Positions 1 to 9,600 of a stretch of DNA of 55,497 bases are shown piece by piece. The stretch's first letter is position 1. Every line of letters starts with the position of its first letter. The notes under the pieces are model-generated. The model saw only the letters and a program-made list of their open reading frames with translations. It searched no databases and was not told the origin of the DNA. Source of the stretch: a virus (taxonomy: Duplodnaviria > Caudoviricetes); IMG/VR virus record IMGVR_UViG_3300047564_004158, positions 1 to 55,497 of that record; one strand, given 5' to 3'. The translations under genes were made by a program, and so were the position numbers.

Positions 1-1
1 A

Positions 2-346
2 GGAGCTGGACTAGCTGTAACAGAGTATACAACATATACTTACACAGCAAATGGTACTGACACTAGTTTTGCAGCTATCAGCGGCTTAACAGTTCACAGC
101 GTATTAGTAACTATTAACGGTGTAACGCAAACTCCAACTACAAGCTATACAATAAGTGGCAGCAACATAGTATTTGCGGTAGCACCTGATAGTGGTGATT
201 TAATTCAAATAAGAGTACTAGGCGGTTTAATAGGTCCGCAAGGTGTACAAGGCGTGCAGGGTATAAGTGGTATTGGTATTCAAGGCCCAGCAGGCAGTGG
301 AGCAACGGGCGGCAGCTCAATTATAACAGCAATGATTTGGGGATAA
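2..346 (+). CDS. 3' end of a fibre/virion protein (5'-truncated by window edge), collagen-like G-X-Q segment
   Basis: Frame 2 is open from the edge: GAGLAVTEYTTYTY...IQIRVLGGLIGPQGVQGVQG...AMIWG-TAA(344-346). It is paralogous to 3845-4090 in the 3590 gene. Not in the ORF track. Confidence 0.85.
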   Translation, partial: GAGLAVTEYTTYTYTANGTDTSFAAISGLTVHSVLVTINGVTQTPTTSYTISGSNIVFAVAPDSGDLIQIRVLGGLIGPQGVQGVQGISGIGIQGPAGSGATGGSSIITAMIWG

Positions 347-349
347 TAG

Positions 350-724
350 ATGGCAGCACCAAATTTAATATCGCCAACTGCGATATATGGTAAAACCGCT
401 ACGGTTAAGTTAACAACAACCTCAGCTACTAGCATTGTAAATAACAGTGCTAGTAGTAACAAGGTATTAAAAATAAATGCATTATACGCAGTAAATGTTA
501 ATGGTGTTACAAATGCAGAATTAACCATTAATTTATACAGTGCCGCGAGTTTAGGTGGCACAGCAACACCAATTTGTAGTACTATAACAGTACCAGCAGA
601 TGCAAGTATAGTAGTTATTGAAAAAAATGCTTATATTTACCTAGAAGAAGATCGCAGTATAGGAGCTATAGCTGGTACAGCAAATGATATTAATATTATT
701 TGCAGCTATGAGGAGATTGGATAA
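350..724 (+). CDS. Small beta-rich virion structural protein (MAAPN...YEEI type)
   Basis: 124 aa, beta-strand rich, coupled to the next gene by a TAATG overlap. Resembles small proteins common in fibre clusters of aquatic phages. Confidence 0.6.
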   Translation: MAAPNLISPTAIYGKTATVKLTTTSATSIVNNSASSNKVLKINALYAVNVNGVTNAELTINLYSAASLGGTATPICSTITVPADASIVVIEKNAYIYLEEDRSIGAIAGTANDINIICSYEEIG

Positions 725-2358
725 TGGCACAATTTCCTAGTCCTGATAACGCCAAGGGTATATGGAAACTTAGAGACGTATTTTTAGCTAAAATGGGATC
801 TAATTGGCCACAATATGGTGCTTTTACTATAGTACAAACCTTTACTACTACAACTACTTGGATTTGTCCCGCAGGCGTTACAGAAGTTGAATATTTAGTA
901 GTTGCTGGTGGAGGCGGAGGTGGTGGAGGCTTTGCCGGTGGTGGTGGAGCAGGCGGTTTTCGTACTGGCACAGGCTTGACAGTTACAGCCGGTACAGAAT
1001 ATACTATAACTGTTGGAAGTGGCGGAAGCGCTGGCCCATCTTCGCAATCTGGTATTGCTGGTAATAATTCTATTTTTTCTACTATTACAAGTGCTGGCGG
1101 TGGTAGCGGCGGTGGTTATAATAATGCTACAAATCCAAATGGTGGTAGCGGCGGTAGTGGAGGTGGTGGAGCAGCTAATCCTGCAGGTCCAGGTGGTAAC
1201 GGAAATACTCCTGGCACAATACCTAGCCAAGGTAATAATGGTGGAGCCGGATACTCTGTTAATCCTCACTATAACGGAGGCGGCGGAGGGGGTGCTGGTT
1301 CTGCTGGCTCAAATGCCGGCACAGGGGGCGGTGGTAACGGCGGTAATGGTACTGCATCTTCTATTACCGGTACCAGTATAACATACGCTGGTGGTGGTGG
1401 AGGAGGAAGTTTTTCAAATTCCGGTCCAGCAGGCACAGGCGGTACAGGGGGAGGAGGTGCGGGTGCACCAAATGCTCCAACTACGGCTACTGCTGGCACT
1501 GCAAATACCGGTGGCGGAGGAGGTGGCGGTGGTGGTTCTCCAGCAACCTATGGTATAGGTGCCGCAGGCGGATCTGGAATTGTTATACTTAAATATGTAG
1601 TGCCAAGTCAAACCATATTTACGTTCAAAGGTACTACTACTTGGAAGTGTCCAACTGGCATAACTAGTGTAGATTACTTAGTAGTAGCTGGTGGTGGTGG
1701 TGGTGGTTCTACTGGCGGTGGCGGTGCTGGAGGATTTAGAACAGGAACAGCCTTGCTAGTAACAGCAGGTACTGAATATATTGTTACTGTTGGAGCAGGT
1801 GGAAACGGTACTTATAATGCAAGAACTGCCGGCGGAGATTCTATTTTTTCTACTATTACATCAAATGGCGGTGGTAGAGGCGGAGCTGCAGTAGATACTC
1901 CAGGAATTGGTGGTAGCGGCGGTAGCGGAGGCGGAGGTACTTATGGTGCTGGACCAAGTGCGGGTTCAGCTGGTGGGGCTGGTAACACACCTGCTACATC
2001 ACCAAGTCAAGGTAACAATGGTGGTACTGGATTAACTGGTGCTAACTATGTAGGTGGAGGTGGTGGTGGAGCTGGTGGAGCTGGAGTTAACGGTTCTATT
2101 ACTGGTAATGGAGGAGTAGGTTCTCAATCTTCTATTACTGGAAGTGCAGTCTACTATGCTGGAGGCGGTGGAGGTGGCGGAAGTGCCGGTAGTAAAGGTA
2201 TAGGCGGTTTAGGCGGTGGGGGTAACGGCTCAGATACTACGTCAGGATCGCCAGGTACTAGTAATACAGGTGGTGGCGGAGGCGGTGGACATGCTTCTGG
2301 CAGTGCAAACGGTGGAAACGGCGGCTCCGGTATAGTAATTATTAAATTAAATCAATAA
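724..2358 (+). CDS. Glycine-rich (polyglycine-II type) fibre/adhesin with two tandem domains
   Basis: Two copies of W.CP.G.T.V.YLVVAGGGGGG...GGSGIVI; many GGGGG runs. Confidence 0.75.
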   Translation: MAQFPSPDNAKGIWKLRDVFLAKMGSNWPQYGAFTIVQTFTTTTTWICPAGVTEVEYLVVAGGGGGGGGFAGGGGAGGFRTGTGLTVTAGTEYTITVGSGGSAGPSSQSGIAGNNSIFSTITSAGGGSGGGYNNATNPNGGSGGSGGGGAANPAGPGGNGNTPGTIPSQGNNGGAGYSVNPHYNGGGGGGAGSAGSNAGTGGGGNGGNGTASSITGTSITYAGGGGGGSFSNSGPAGTGGTGGGGAGAPNAPTTATAGTANTGGGGGGGGGSPATYGIGAAGGSGIVILKYVVPSQTIFTFKGTTTWKCPTGITSVDYLVVAGGGGGGSTGGGGAGGFRTGTALLVTAGTEYIVTVGAGGNGTYNARTAGGDSIFSTITSNGGGRGGAAVDTPGIGGSGGSGGGGTYGAGPSAGSAGGAGNTPATSPSQGNNGGTGLTGANYVGGGGGGAGGAGVNGSITGNGGVGSQSSITGSAVYYAGGGGGGGSAGSKGIGGLGGGGNGSDTTSGSPGTSNTGGGGGGGHASGSANGGNGGSGIVIIKLNQ

Positions 2359-2366
2359 GAGCAAGT

Positions 2367-2621
2367 ATGACAACCAAGGTTTATAGATTAATGGGTATAG
2401 ACACAGCAATGCACCTGCTTAGACCAGGTGCGCGCTGGGAAATTAGCAACAATTATTTTTCACGCTGGGAAGATCCTAGACCTTGCCCAACTATAGAAGA
2501 AGTTTATGCTACAATAGAAAAGATTAAACAATTCGAAGATAGTATTGATACTATATATTTACCAGAACAACTAGAAGCAATGGGCGTGCGTGAACAAGAG
2601 ATAGCAGATGCAATTAAATAA
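2367..2621 (+). CDS. Small hypothetical protein, possible fibre assembly chaperone
   Basis: 84 aa with LRPGARWE...W.DPRPCP motif, directly after a fibre gene. Function inferred from position only. Confidence 0.45.
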   Translation: MTTKVYRLMGIDTAMHLLRPGARWEISNNYFSRWEDPRPCPTIEEVYATIEKIKQFEDSIDTIYLPEQLEAMGVREQEIADAIK

Positions 2622-3207
2622 TTTATTTCCTATACCCATAGGATTTTTTGAGTATACAAGTAGTTTAGACAGTGAATTAGACTATGTAACAAATTTAGAG
2701 CAGCGTAATAATCAAGGCAATACAACTAGTGTTGATAATTATGTACTTAAAGATTACCACTTACAAGAATTAAGTAGTTGGATCGACAATTGTATTAGCC
2801 AGTACTTTAGAGCAACTGCAAATCCCAAATATGATGTTCAGTTGTACACAACCCAAAGCTGGATAAATTTTACCAAGCAGGGCCAGTACCACCACAAGCA
2901 TGAGCACCCCAACAGCCTAGTAAGCGGTGTGTTTTACCTGCAAACTAATCCAGATGATAAGATATATTTTTATCGCAGCGGCTATCAACAAATTAAATTT
3001 CCGCCAGAACAGTGGAATGAGTACAACAGTGAAAGCTGGTGGTATGAGGCCCAGGCCGGTAAGCTGATCCTGTTTCCTAGCAGCTTAACACATCAAGTGC
3101 CTACTGTCGGTGGCACAACAACAAGAATTAGCCTAAGTTTTAACACCTTTGCTAGTGGCACTATAGGTGAAAATTTAGAATTAACCGAATTAATTGTGGA
3201 GCACTAG
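2608..3207 (+). CDS. Putative 2OG-Fe(II) oxygenase (TIGR02466-like)
   Basis: SWIN...HHKHEHPNSLVSGVFYL...LILFPSSLTHQV...RISLSFN: HxH..H metal triad and RxS motif. Confidence 0.85.
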   Translation: MQLNNLFPIPIGFFEYTSSLDSELDYVTNLEQRNNQGNTTSVDNYVLKDYHLQELSSWIDNCISQYFRATANPKYDVQLYTTQSWINFTKQGQYHHKHEHPNSLVSGVFYLQTNPDDKIYFYRSGYQQIKFPPEQWNEYNSESWWYEAQAGKLILFPSSLTHQVPTVGGTTTRISLSFNTFASGTIGENLELTELIVEH

Positions 3208-3573
3208 ATGGCACACTTTGCAGAATTAGATGAAAATAATACAGTATTGCGTGTAGTTGTAGTAGACAATCGTGATACTAGTGATAAGTCGGGCACAGAG
3301 CGTGAGCATATTGGACAAGCACACCTAGAAAAGATCTTAGGCGGTGTGTGGCGACAAACTAGTTATAATGCCACATTTAGAAAAAATTATGCTGGTGTGG
3401 GATATACCTATAACAGTCAACTAGACGCATTTATTCCGCCTAAGCCCTATACTAGCTGGGTTTTAGATACACAGACTTGTACTTGGCAAGCACCACAACC
3501 ACAACCTACTAGTGGCGGACCTTATAGGTGGGATGAGCCAACTACTAGTTGGCAACAAATAACAAACGATTAA
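3208..3573 (+). CDS. Conserved phage protein (MAHFAELD...QTSYN...RKNYAG), possible fibre chaperone
   Basis: 121 aa; motif family typically adjacent to Gly-rich fibre genes. Confidence 0.55.
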   Translation: MAHFAELDENNTVLRVVVVDNRDTSDKSGTEREHIGQAHLEKILGGVWRQTSYNATFRKNYAGVGYTYNSQLDAFIPPKPYTSWVLDTQTCTWQAPQPQPTSGGPYRWDEPTTSWQQITND

Positions 3574-3589
3574 TTGAACGGGGCAAGCT

Positions 3590-6500
3590 ATGTCGTTTAC
3601 TAGAATAGATGCTAATAATATTAGCCCAAGCGGTGTTGCAGCGGGTACATATACAAATCCTACCATTACTATTAACAGTAGTGGACAGGTTACTGATGCT
3701 AGTAGTGGTCAGCTTGCTCAAGGTATTCAAGGCTTACAAGGTATAATTGGCCCACAAGGTGTACAAGGCTTAGGTGGCATACAAGGTAGCAGTGGCTATA
3801 TTGGCAGTGATGGTATACAGGGCATACAAGGTATACAAGGTGCGGGAGCAGGCCTAGCAGTTGCAGAGTATACTACCTATGTATACACAGGTGACGGTAC
3901 TACAACAACTTTTGCTGCTACCAGCGGACTAACAGTACACACAATACTTGTAGTAGTTGATGGTGTTACACAAACACCTACTACCAACTATACTATTAGT
4001 GGCAGCAACATAGTCCTGGCAAGTGCACCACCTAGTGGTAGTGTTGTACAGCTACGTGTACTTGGCGGACTTATAGGTCCACAAGGTATTAGTGGTGGTA
4101 GTGGTAGCAGTGTTACTATTTCTAGTATTGAAGTAACTGATAGCAGTTATAGTGTGTTAGACGATACAGCGGTTAGTGTTAATGGTGGATACATAAAGAT
4201 TACAGGAACTGGATTTGTTAGTGGTTGTCAAGTCGTCATAGGCAGTGCAGTAGCAAGTAGTGTAACCTATGTTTCTAGCACAGTAGTTCATTGTCAAGTA
4301 CCAGCACAAACAGCAGGTACTTATACAGTTTACTTAACTAACCCTAATGGCAGCGTTGCTATACGTGTAAATGGTATTAACTACAGCTCAACACCTACCT
4401 GGACAACTACCAGTCCACTACCTGGCGGAGTTAAAAACACCGCTATAAGCATACAGTTGGCGGCAACTAGTAACAGTGCTATAACCTACAGTTTAGCTAG
4501 TGGCAGTACGTTACCTAGTGGATTGACACTAAGCACTAGTGGATTACTATCAGGAACTGTAACTACAATAACAGCAGATACGGCTTATAACTTTACCATA
4601 GTAGCTACTGATCAAGAAAACCAAGACACTCCACAGGCATTTCAAATTACTATTATTATTGGTGATCCTTACTATGAGTATGTAACACTACACCTACCAG
4701 GCACTGGAACTAATCTTGCTACAAATAATACTTTTCTGGATAGTTCTATCAATAACTTCACCATTACACGTAGTGGAAATACTACGCAGGGTACGTTTAG
4801 TCCGTTCTCACAGACGGGGTGGGGGAATTATTTTGATGGGAGTGGGGATTATCTTGCGTTAAGTTCGCCAGCGGTTCCAGCATCCACTTCAGACTTTACA
4901 TTAGAGGGATGGTTTAATGTTTCAAATTACTCTGCTACAAGAAATATTTTTACTCAAAACCAAACCGGTGCTTCAAGCGACGGAAGAATAATTGTTAACA
5001 TTACAACAGCTGGTATATTAAATGCAACTATAGGTGGAACAAATCTGCCTGGAACTTTAAATACAACAACAACTATTACAACTAATGTCTGGCATCATTT
5101 CGCTCTTGTAAGGAGCAGCAATACTTTTACGCTTTATCTTAATGGCGTTTCTGAGGTTACAGGGTCTGGCACAGGCACAATTGCTAATCAAAATTCTTAC
5201 ATAGGTTCAAATCTAACTCAATCTGTATATTTTTTGGGCAGTTTGTCTAATATTAGGGTGGTTGCTTCAGCCGTCTACACCAGCAACTTCACACCACCAA
5301 CCGCCCCTCTTACCGCCATCTCTGGCACAAGTCTCCTAACCTGCCAATCCAACCGATTCATTGACAACAGCAGCAACAACTTTGCCATCACAGTCAACGG
5401 AAACACCTCCGTACAAGCCTTCTCCCCATTCAACCCCACTGCAAGCTGGAGTGCTGCGACTTATGGTGGGAGTGGGTATTTTGATGGTAGTGGGGACTAT
5501 TTGACTGCGCCAAACAATGCAGCATTTGCGGCACTTCCTGGAGATTTCACGCTTGAATTATGGGTTTATCTAACGGCACAGACGACTGGAAACGCTTTAT
5601 TTGGGCCGTGGGCAGGAAGTGCAGGAAGCGCAGCCAACTCTTCTTGGTTATTTACACAGGGAACAACCTCTGCGTCAAATCTCAGATTTGTTTACTCAAA
5701 CGGCTCAAGTGTTGTTATATATGAAGGGTCAGGTGGTTTAGGGACAAATCAATGGTTTCATCTTGTAGCTGTTCGTTCTGGTACTAACTTTGCTTTATTT
5801 TCAAACGGCAATCGTGTTTATAGCAACGCATCAGTTTCAGCAAGCATTCCTCAAAATACTAGTAACTTGGGAGTTATGGCAGGAGCTGATGGAGCTTTTG
5901 CTTCCACTGGTTATGTATCAAGTGCAAGGGTTGTCAAAGGCACAGCAGTCTACGACCCAACCCTAACCACCCTTACAGTCCCAACCGCACCACTCACCGC
6001 CATCACCAACACATCCCTACTACTCAACTTCACCAACGCCGGTATCTACGATGCTACAAGTAAGAATGACTTGGAGACGGTGGGGAATGCTCAGATAAGT
6101 ACGACACAGAGTAAGTTTGGTGGAAGTAGTATGTCCTTTGATGGGACGGGGGATTCATTAATTACACCTGCATCAATTGTAAATAGCATTGGGACTGGTG
6201 ATTTCACAATTGAATTTTGGTGCTATCCAAGTAATACAACCGCAGCCTATAGAGCGATAGTGGCAAGTGAAAATTATAATTCTACAGCAGGTGGTTGGAG
6301 TTTTTATCAAAATGGAACTGGCATTGAAATTTATTTAACTAGCGGAGCCCTTATTACAGCAGCATCTCAATTAGTTGCGTCTACTTGGCAACATATTGCG
6401 TTAGTTAGATCCGGCTCCGCAAGCAATAATTGTAAATTATATGTTAACGGTACAAATGTAGCTTCTGCGACAAATACGGCAGACTGGACAGGCCAAAGAG

Positions 6501-6637
6501 TTTTTATTGGTGATAATAATTATACGGGCGTTGATTATTTCTTTAACGGCTACATCCAAGACCTTCGCATCACCCGAGGCTACGCTCGCTACACAAGCAA
6601 CTTCACACCACCAACCCAAGCTTTTCAAACCCTTTAA
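3590..6637 (+). CDS. Tail fibre/adhesin: N-terminal fibre motif, collagen-like segment, IPT/TIG + Ig domains, three LamG/ConA-like domains
   Basis: GVAAGTY..ITINSSGQVT; QGIQG repeats; SGSTLPSGLTL Ig motif; three FDG.GD...DFT.E.W...W.H.A.VR...(S/D).R units. Confidence 0.85.
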   Translation: MSFTRIDANNISPSGVAAGTYTNPTITINSSGQVTDASSGQLAQGIQGLQGIIGPQGVQGLGGIQGSSGYIGSDGIQGIQGIQGAGAGLAVAEYTTYVYTGDGTTTTFAATSGLTVHTILVVVDGVTQTPTTNYTISGSNIVLASAPPSGSVVQLRVLGGLIGPQGISGGSGSSVTISSIEVTDSSYSVLDDTAVSVNGGYIKITGTGFVSGCQVVIGSAVASSVTYVSSTVVHCQVPAQTAGTYTVYLTNPNGSVAIRVNGINYSSTPTWTTTSPLPGGVKNTAISIQLAATSNSAITYSLASGSTLPSGLTLSTSGLLSGTVTTITADTAYNFTIVATDQENQDTPQAFQITIIIGDPYYEYVTLHLPGTGTNLATNNTFLDSSINNFTITRSGNTTQGTFSPFSQTGWGNYFDGSGDYLALSSPAVPASTSDFTLEGWFNVSNYSATRNIFTQNQTGASSDGRIIVNITTAGILNATIGGTNLPGTLNTTTTITTNVWHHFALVRSSNTFTLYLNGVSEVTGSGTGTIANQNSYIGSNLTQSVYFLGSLSNIRVVASAVYTSNFTPPTAPLTAISGTSLLTCQSNRFIDNSSNNFAITVNGNTSVQAFSPFNPTASWSAATYGGSGYFDGSGDYLTAPNNAAFAALPGDFTLELWVYLTAQTTGNALFGPWAGSAGSAANSSWLFTQGTTSASNLRFVYSNGSSVVIYEGSGGLGTNQWFHLVAVRSGTNFALFSNGNRVYSNASVSASIPQNTSNLGVMAGADGAFASTGYVSSARVVKGTAVYDPTLTTLTVPTAPLTAITNTSLLLNFTNAGIYDATSKNDLETVGNAQISTTQSKFGGSSMSFDGTGDSLITPASIVNSIGTGDFTIEFWCYPSNTTAAYRAIVASENYNSTAGGWSFYQNGTGIEIYLTSGALITAASQLVASTWQHIALVRSGSASNNCKLYVNGTNVASATNTADWTGQRVFIGDNNYTGVDYFFNGYIQDLRITRGYARYTSNFTPPTQAFQTL

Positions 6638-6655
6638 ACAAACAGTGAGAATCTT

Positions 6656-9600
6656 ATGGTAACACGAGTTCCAACCAGAATGATAACAACTACCGGCGTT
6701 CAGGCCGGTAGTTATACTGCCGCAGATATTACTGTTAATGAAGCAGGTCAAATTACTAGTGCAGCAAGCAACAGTGTGGTTGTTAGTGGTGGCGGTGGTG
6801 GGCCTAAAATTACTGGTGTGGCGGTAACTGACAATGTTTGGACTGCCCTAGACGATACAGCTGTTGATGTGCTGGGCGGTTATATTAAGATTACTGGTAG
6901 TGGTTTTAGTAGTGGCTGCCTAGTCTACTTTAACCAAACCCCAGCTAGCAGCGTTAGTTTTATATCAAGCACTGAGTTGCGTGTAACTACAGGTGCACTA
7001 AGTGCAGGTACTTATGTAGTTTATGCAATTAATACTGATGGTGGTGTAGCTATTAGTGTACCAGGTGTTACCTTTAGTGCAACACCTGGCTGGCAGACTG
7101 CTAGCACGTTAAGTGATCAATATGACGGTGTAGCTATCACACTAAGTTTAATAGCTAGTGATGCTACCAGTTATACACTTGTATCAGGCAGTTTACCACC
7201 AGGACTTAGTTTAAACGCCAGTACCGGTGCTATTACCGGTACTGTGGTGGGTGTTACGGTAGACACTAGTTATACATTTACTGTGCGTGCAACAGATGCT
7301 CAAAATCAAGACAGTCCGCGTACATTTACTGTTACTATTACAGTTAGTGATCCTTACTTTAATAGGACAACACTATTATTGTCGGGCAGTGCACTAACTA
7401 CCAATACAGTATTACGCGATAGTAGTACAAATAATTTTAACCTTACTGCCTATGGTGATGCACGTGCTAGTAACTTTACACCATATGGAACTGGGTGGTC
7501 GTTATATACAAATGACAGAAGTTATCTAACCATACCTGCTAGCAGTGATTTTGACGTAATAAATACAGATTTTACTATTGAATTTTGGATTAATTTTGAA
7601 GCCTTTAGTACAATGGCTTCTTCAGGTAATAATATAGCCGGACCAGGGCTATCAAATTATGCTAGTAGTTGGTTTGTAAATTTTGGTGGATCTGGTACTA
7701 CTGTTACTACACTTAATTATACCGTTATGACCTCACTAAGTGTAGGAACTAGTAACAGTTTTACTGTAAGTTTAAACTTTAATACTTGGTATCACGTTGC
7801 TTTTGTTAGATCTGGATCTGGCCCTGGAAATTTTAAACTGTATATTAATGGTATTCAACAAGGAGCCGCACAGAATCAAGTTACTTATTCTGGGGCAGGA
7901 TCAACAATGGCTATTGGATCTGGGTCATTTATACAAAACAGTACTTATTCTGGCAATTCTTCCTATTTCTTATCTAATTTTAGACTAACTAAATCAGCAG
8001 TATATTTAGAAAATTTTACACCAGCTACAACACCTCTTACTGCTCTAGAAAATACTACATTATTATTATTTAATCAGTCAAGATTAATTAATGCGGGAAC
8101 AAATACTGGAACAATAACTTCTTCGGGGTATACTTCTACTAGAGCTAAATTAATAAGTTTTAATCCATTTGGGATCACCAATACTGGTGTCAATGGATCC
8201 ATGTATTTTGACGGCACCACTGATAGCGTAAGACTGCCTAGTAATGCAATAAGTGCGTTACCCGGTGATTTTACGTTAGAATTCTGGATTTACTTAATTT
8301 CTACAACAGGTAATCCTGTTATATATTTAGTGAATGCTACAGCCGCATTGATCATCTATGTTGTCAGTAGTAAAGTGGTAGTAAGAACTTTTGGAACAGC
8401 AGATTTATTGACATCTGTGGACAATATTCAAATTAATACTTGGACTCACGTCGCAGTAGCTAGAAGTGGCTCTGCTCTGTCGCTTTGGTTAAATGGGTCC
8501 CGAGCCAGTGGAGGAACCGTTACGTATTCAACCGCGTTCCCACAAGGTGAGATTAGAATAGCCACCAATGAGCTTGATGCTCAATCAACTAATGGTTACA
8601 TAGCCGATCTAAGATTAATAAAAGGGACGGCTCAATATAATCCAAGTAATACTGCAATCACCGTACCTACTGCCCCACTTACCGCAGTCGCCAACACACA
8701 ATTACTTACTTTACAATACGATCAACCTCACAACAACCACGCATTATTAGACGCCAGTAGTAATCAACACTTAATCACACGCAACGGAAATGCCACGCAA
8801 GGTAGTTTTTCACCGTTTAGTCAGACTGGGTGGGGAAATTATTTTAAGACAGGAACAGACGCAATTACTTCTGCAAGTTCATCTGGTTTTGCTTTTGGTA
8901 CAGGCAACTACACTATTGAAGCGCAGATTTATTGGTCAGGGTCATCTTCGGAATTTCAAATAACCGGTTCATCTAGCAACAATTTTAATTTGTATATAAA
9001 CGCTACGACCATAGGCTTTTACGATGGGACATCAGGAATAACCAGAACAACAACTATAAGCAAAAACACTTGGCTTTATATCGCATTGGTAAGAAGTGGC
9101 GGATCGCTGACATTTTATTTGAATGGGTCTGCGGTAGGAAGCACAACAGCAAGCTCAACAAATTATTCTGCTTTTCAATTAATAGCAGGAAGAAATACAA
9201 CGGCTGGTACAAGTTGGGCTGATGGTTATATATCTAACTTGCGTATTTCAAATCTAGCAAGAACAATTTCTTCTACGCCTACAAGCGCATATACCCAAGA
9301 CGCGAACACAGTATTTTTACTTGGGAATACAAATAGGTTTTTGGATCAAGGCGTCAACGGACTTGCTTTAACGATAACCGGAACACCTTCTGTAGTCGCC
9401 TTTAGCCCATTCAACCCCACCGCAGTTTATAATCCTGCAACACATGGTGCTTCGGCGTATTTTGATGGAACGGGAGATTACGTAACTGTTGCTGACAATC
9501 CAGCCTTTAACTTTGGTAATGGCGATTTTACTATGGAATGTTGGGTTTATCCAACTGCTAGTGGATCATTATTTTCTAAGCGAGCAAACAATGCCACATA

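Noticed and set aside
696-1611. Pro-rich and other antisense or alternate-frame ORFs over the Gly-rich gene (also 20269-20745)
   Set aside because: Shadows of GGN codon runs; no SD or independent coding signal.
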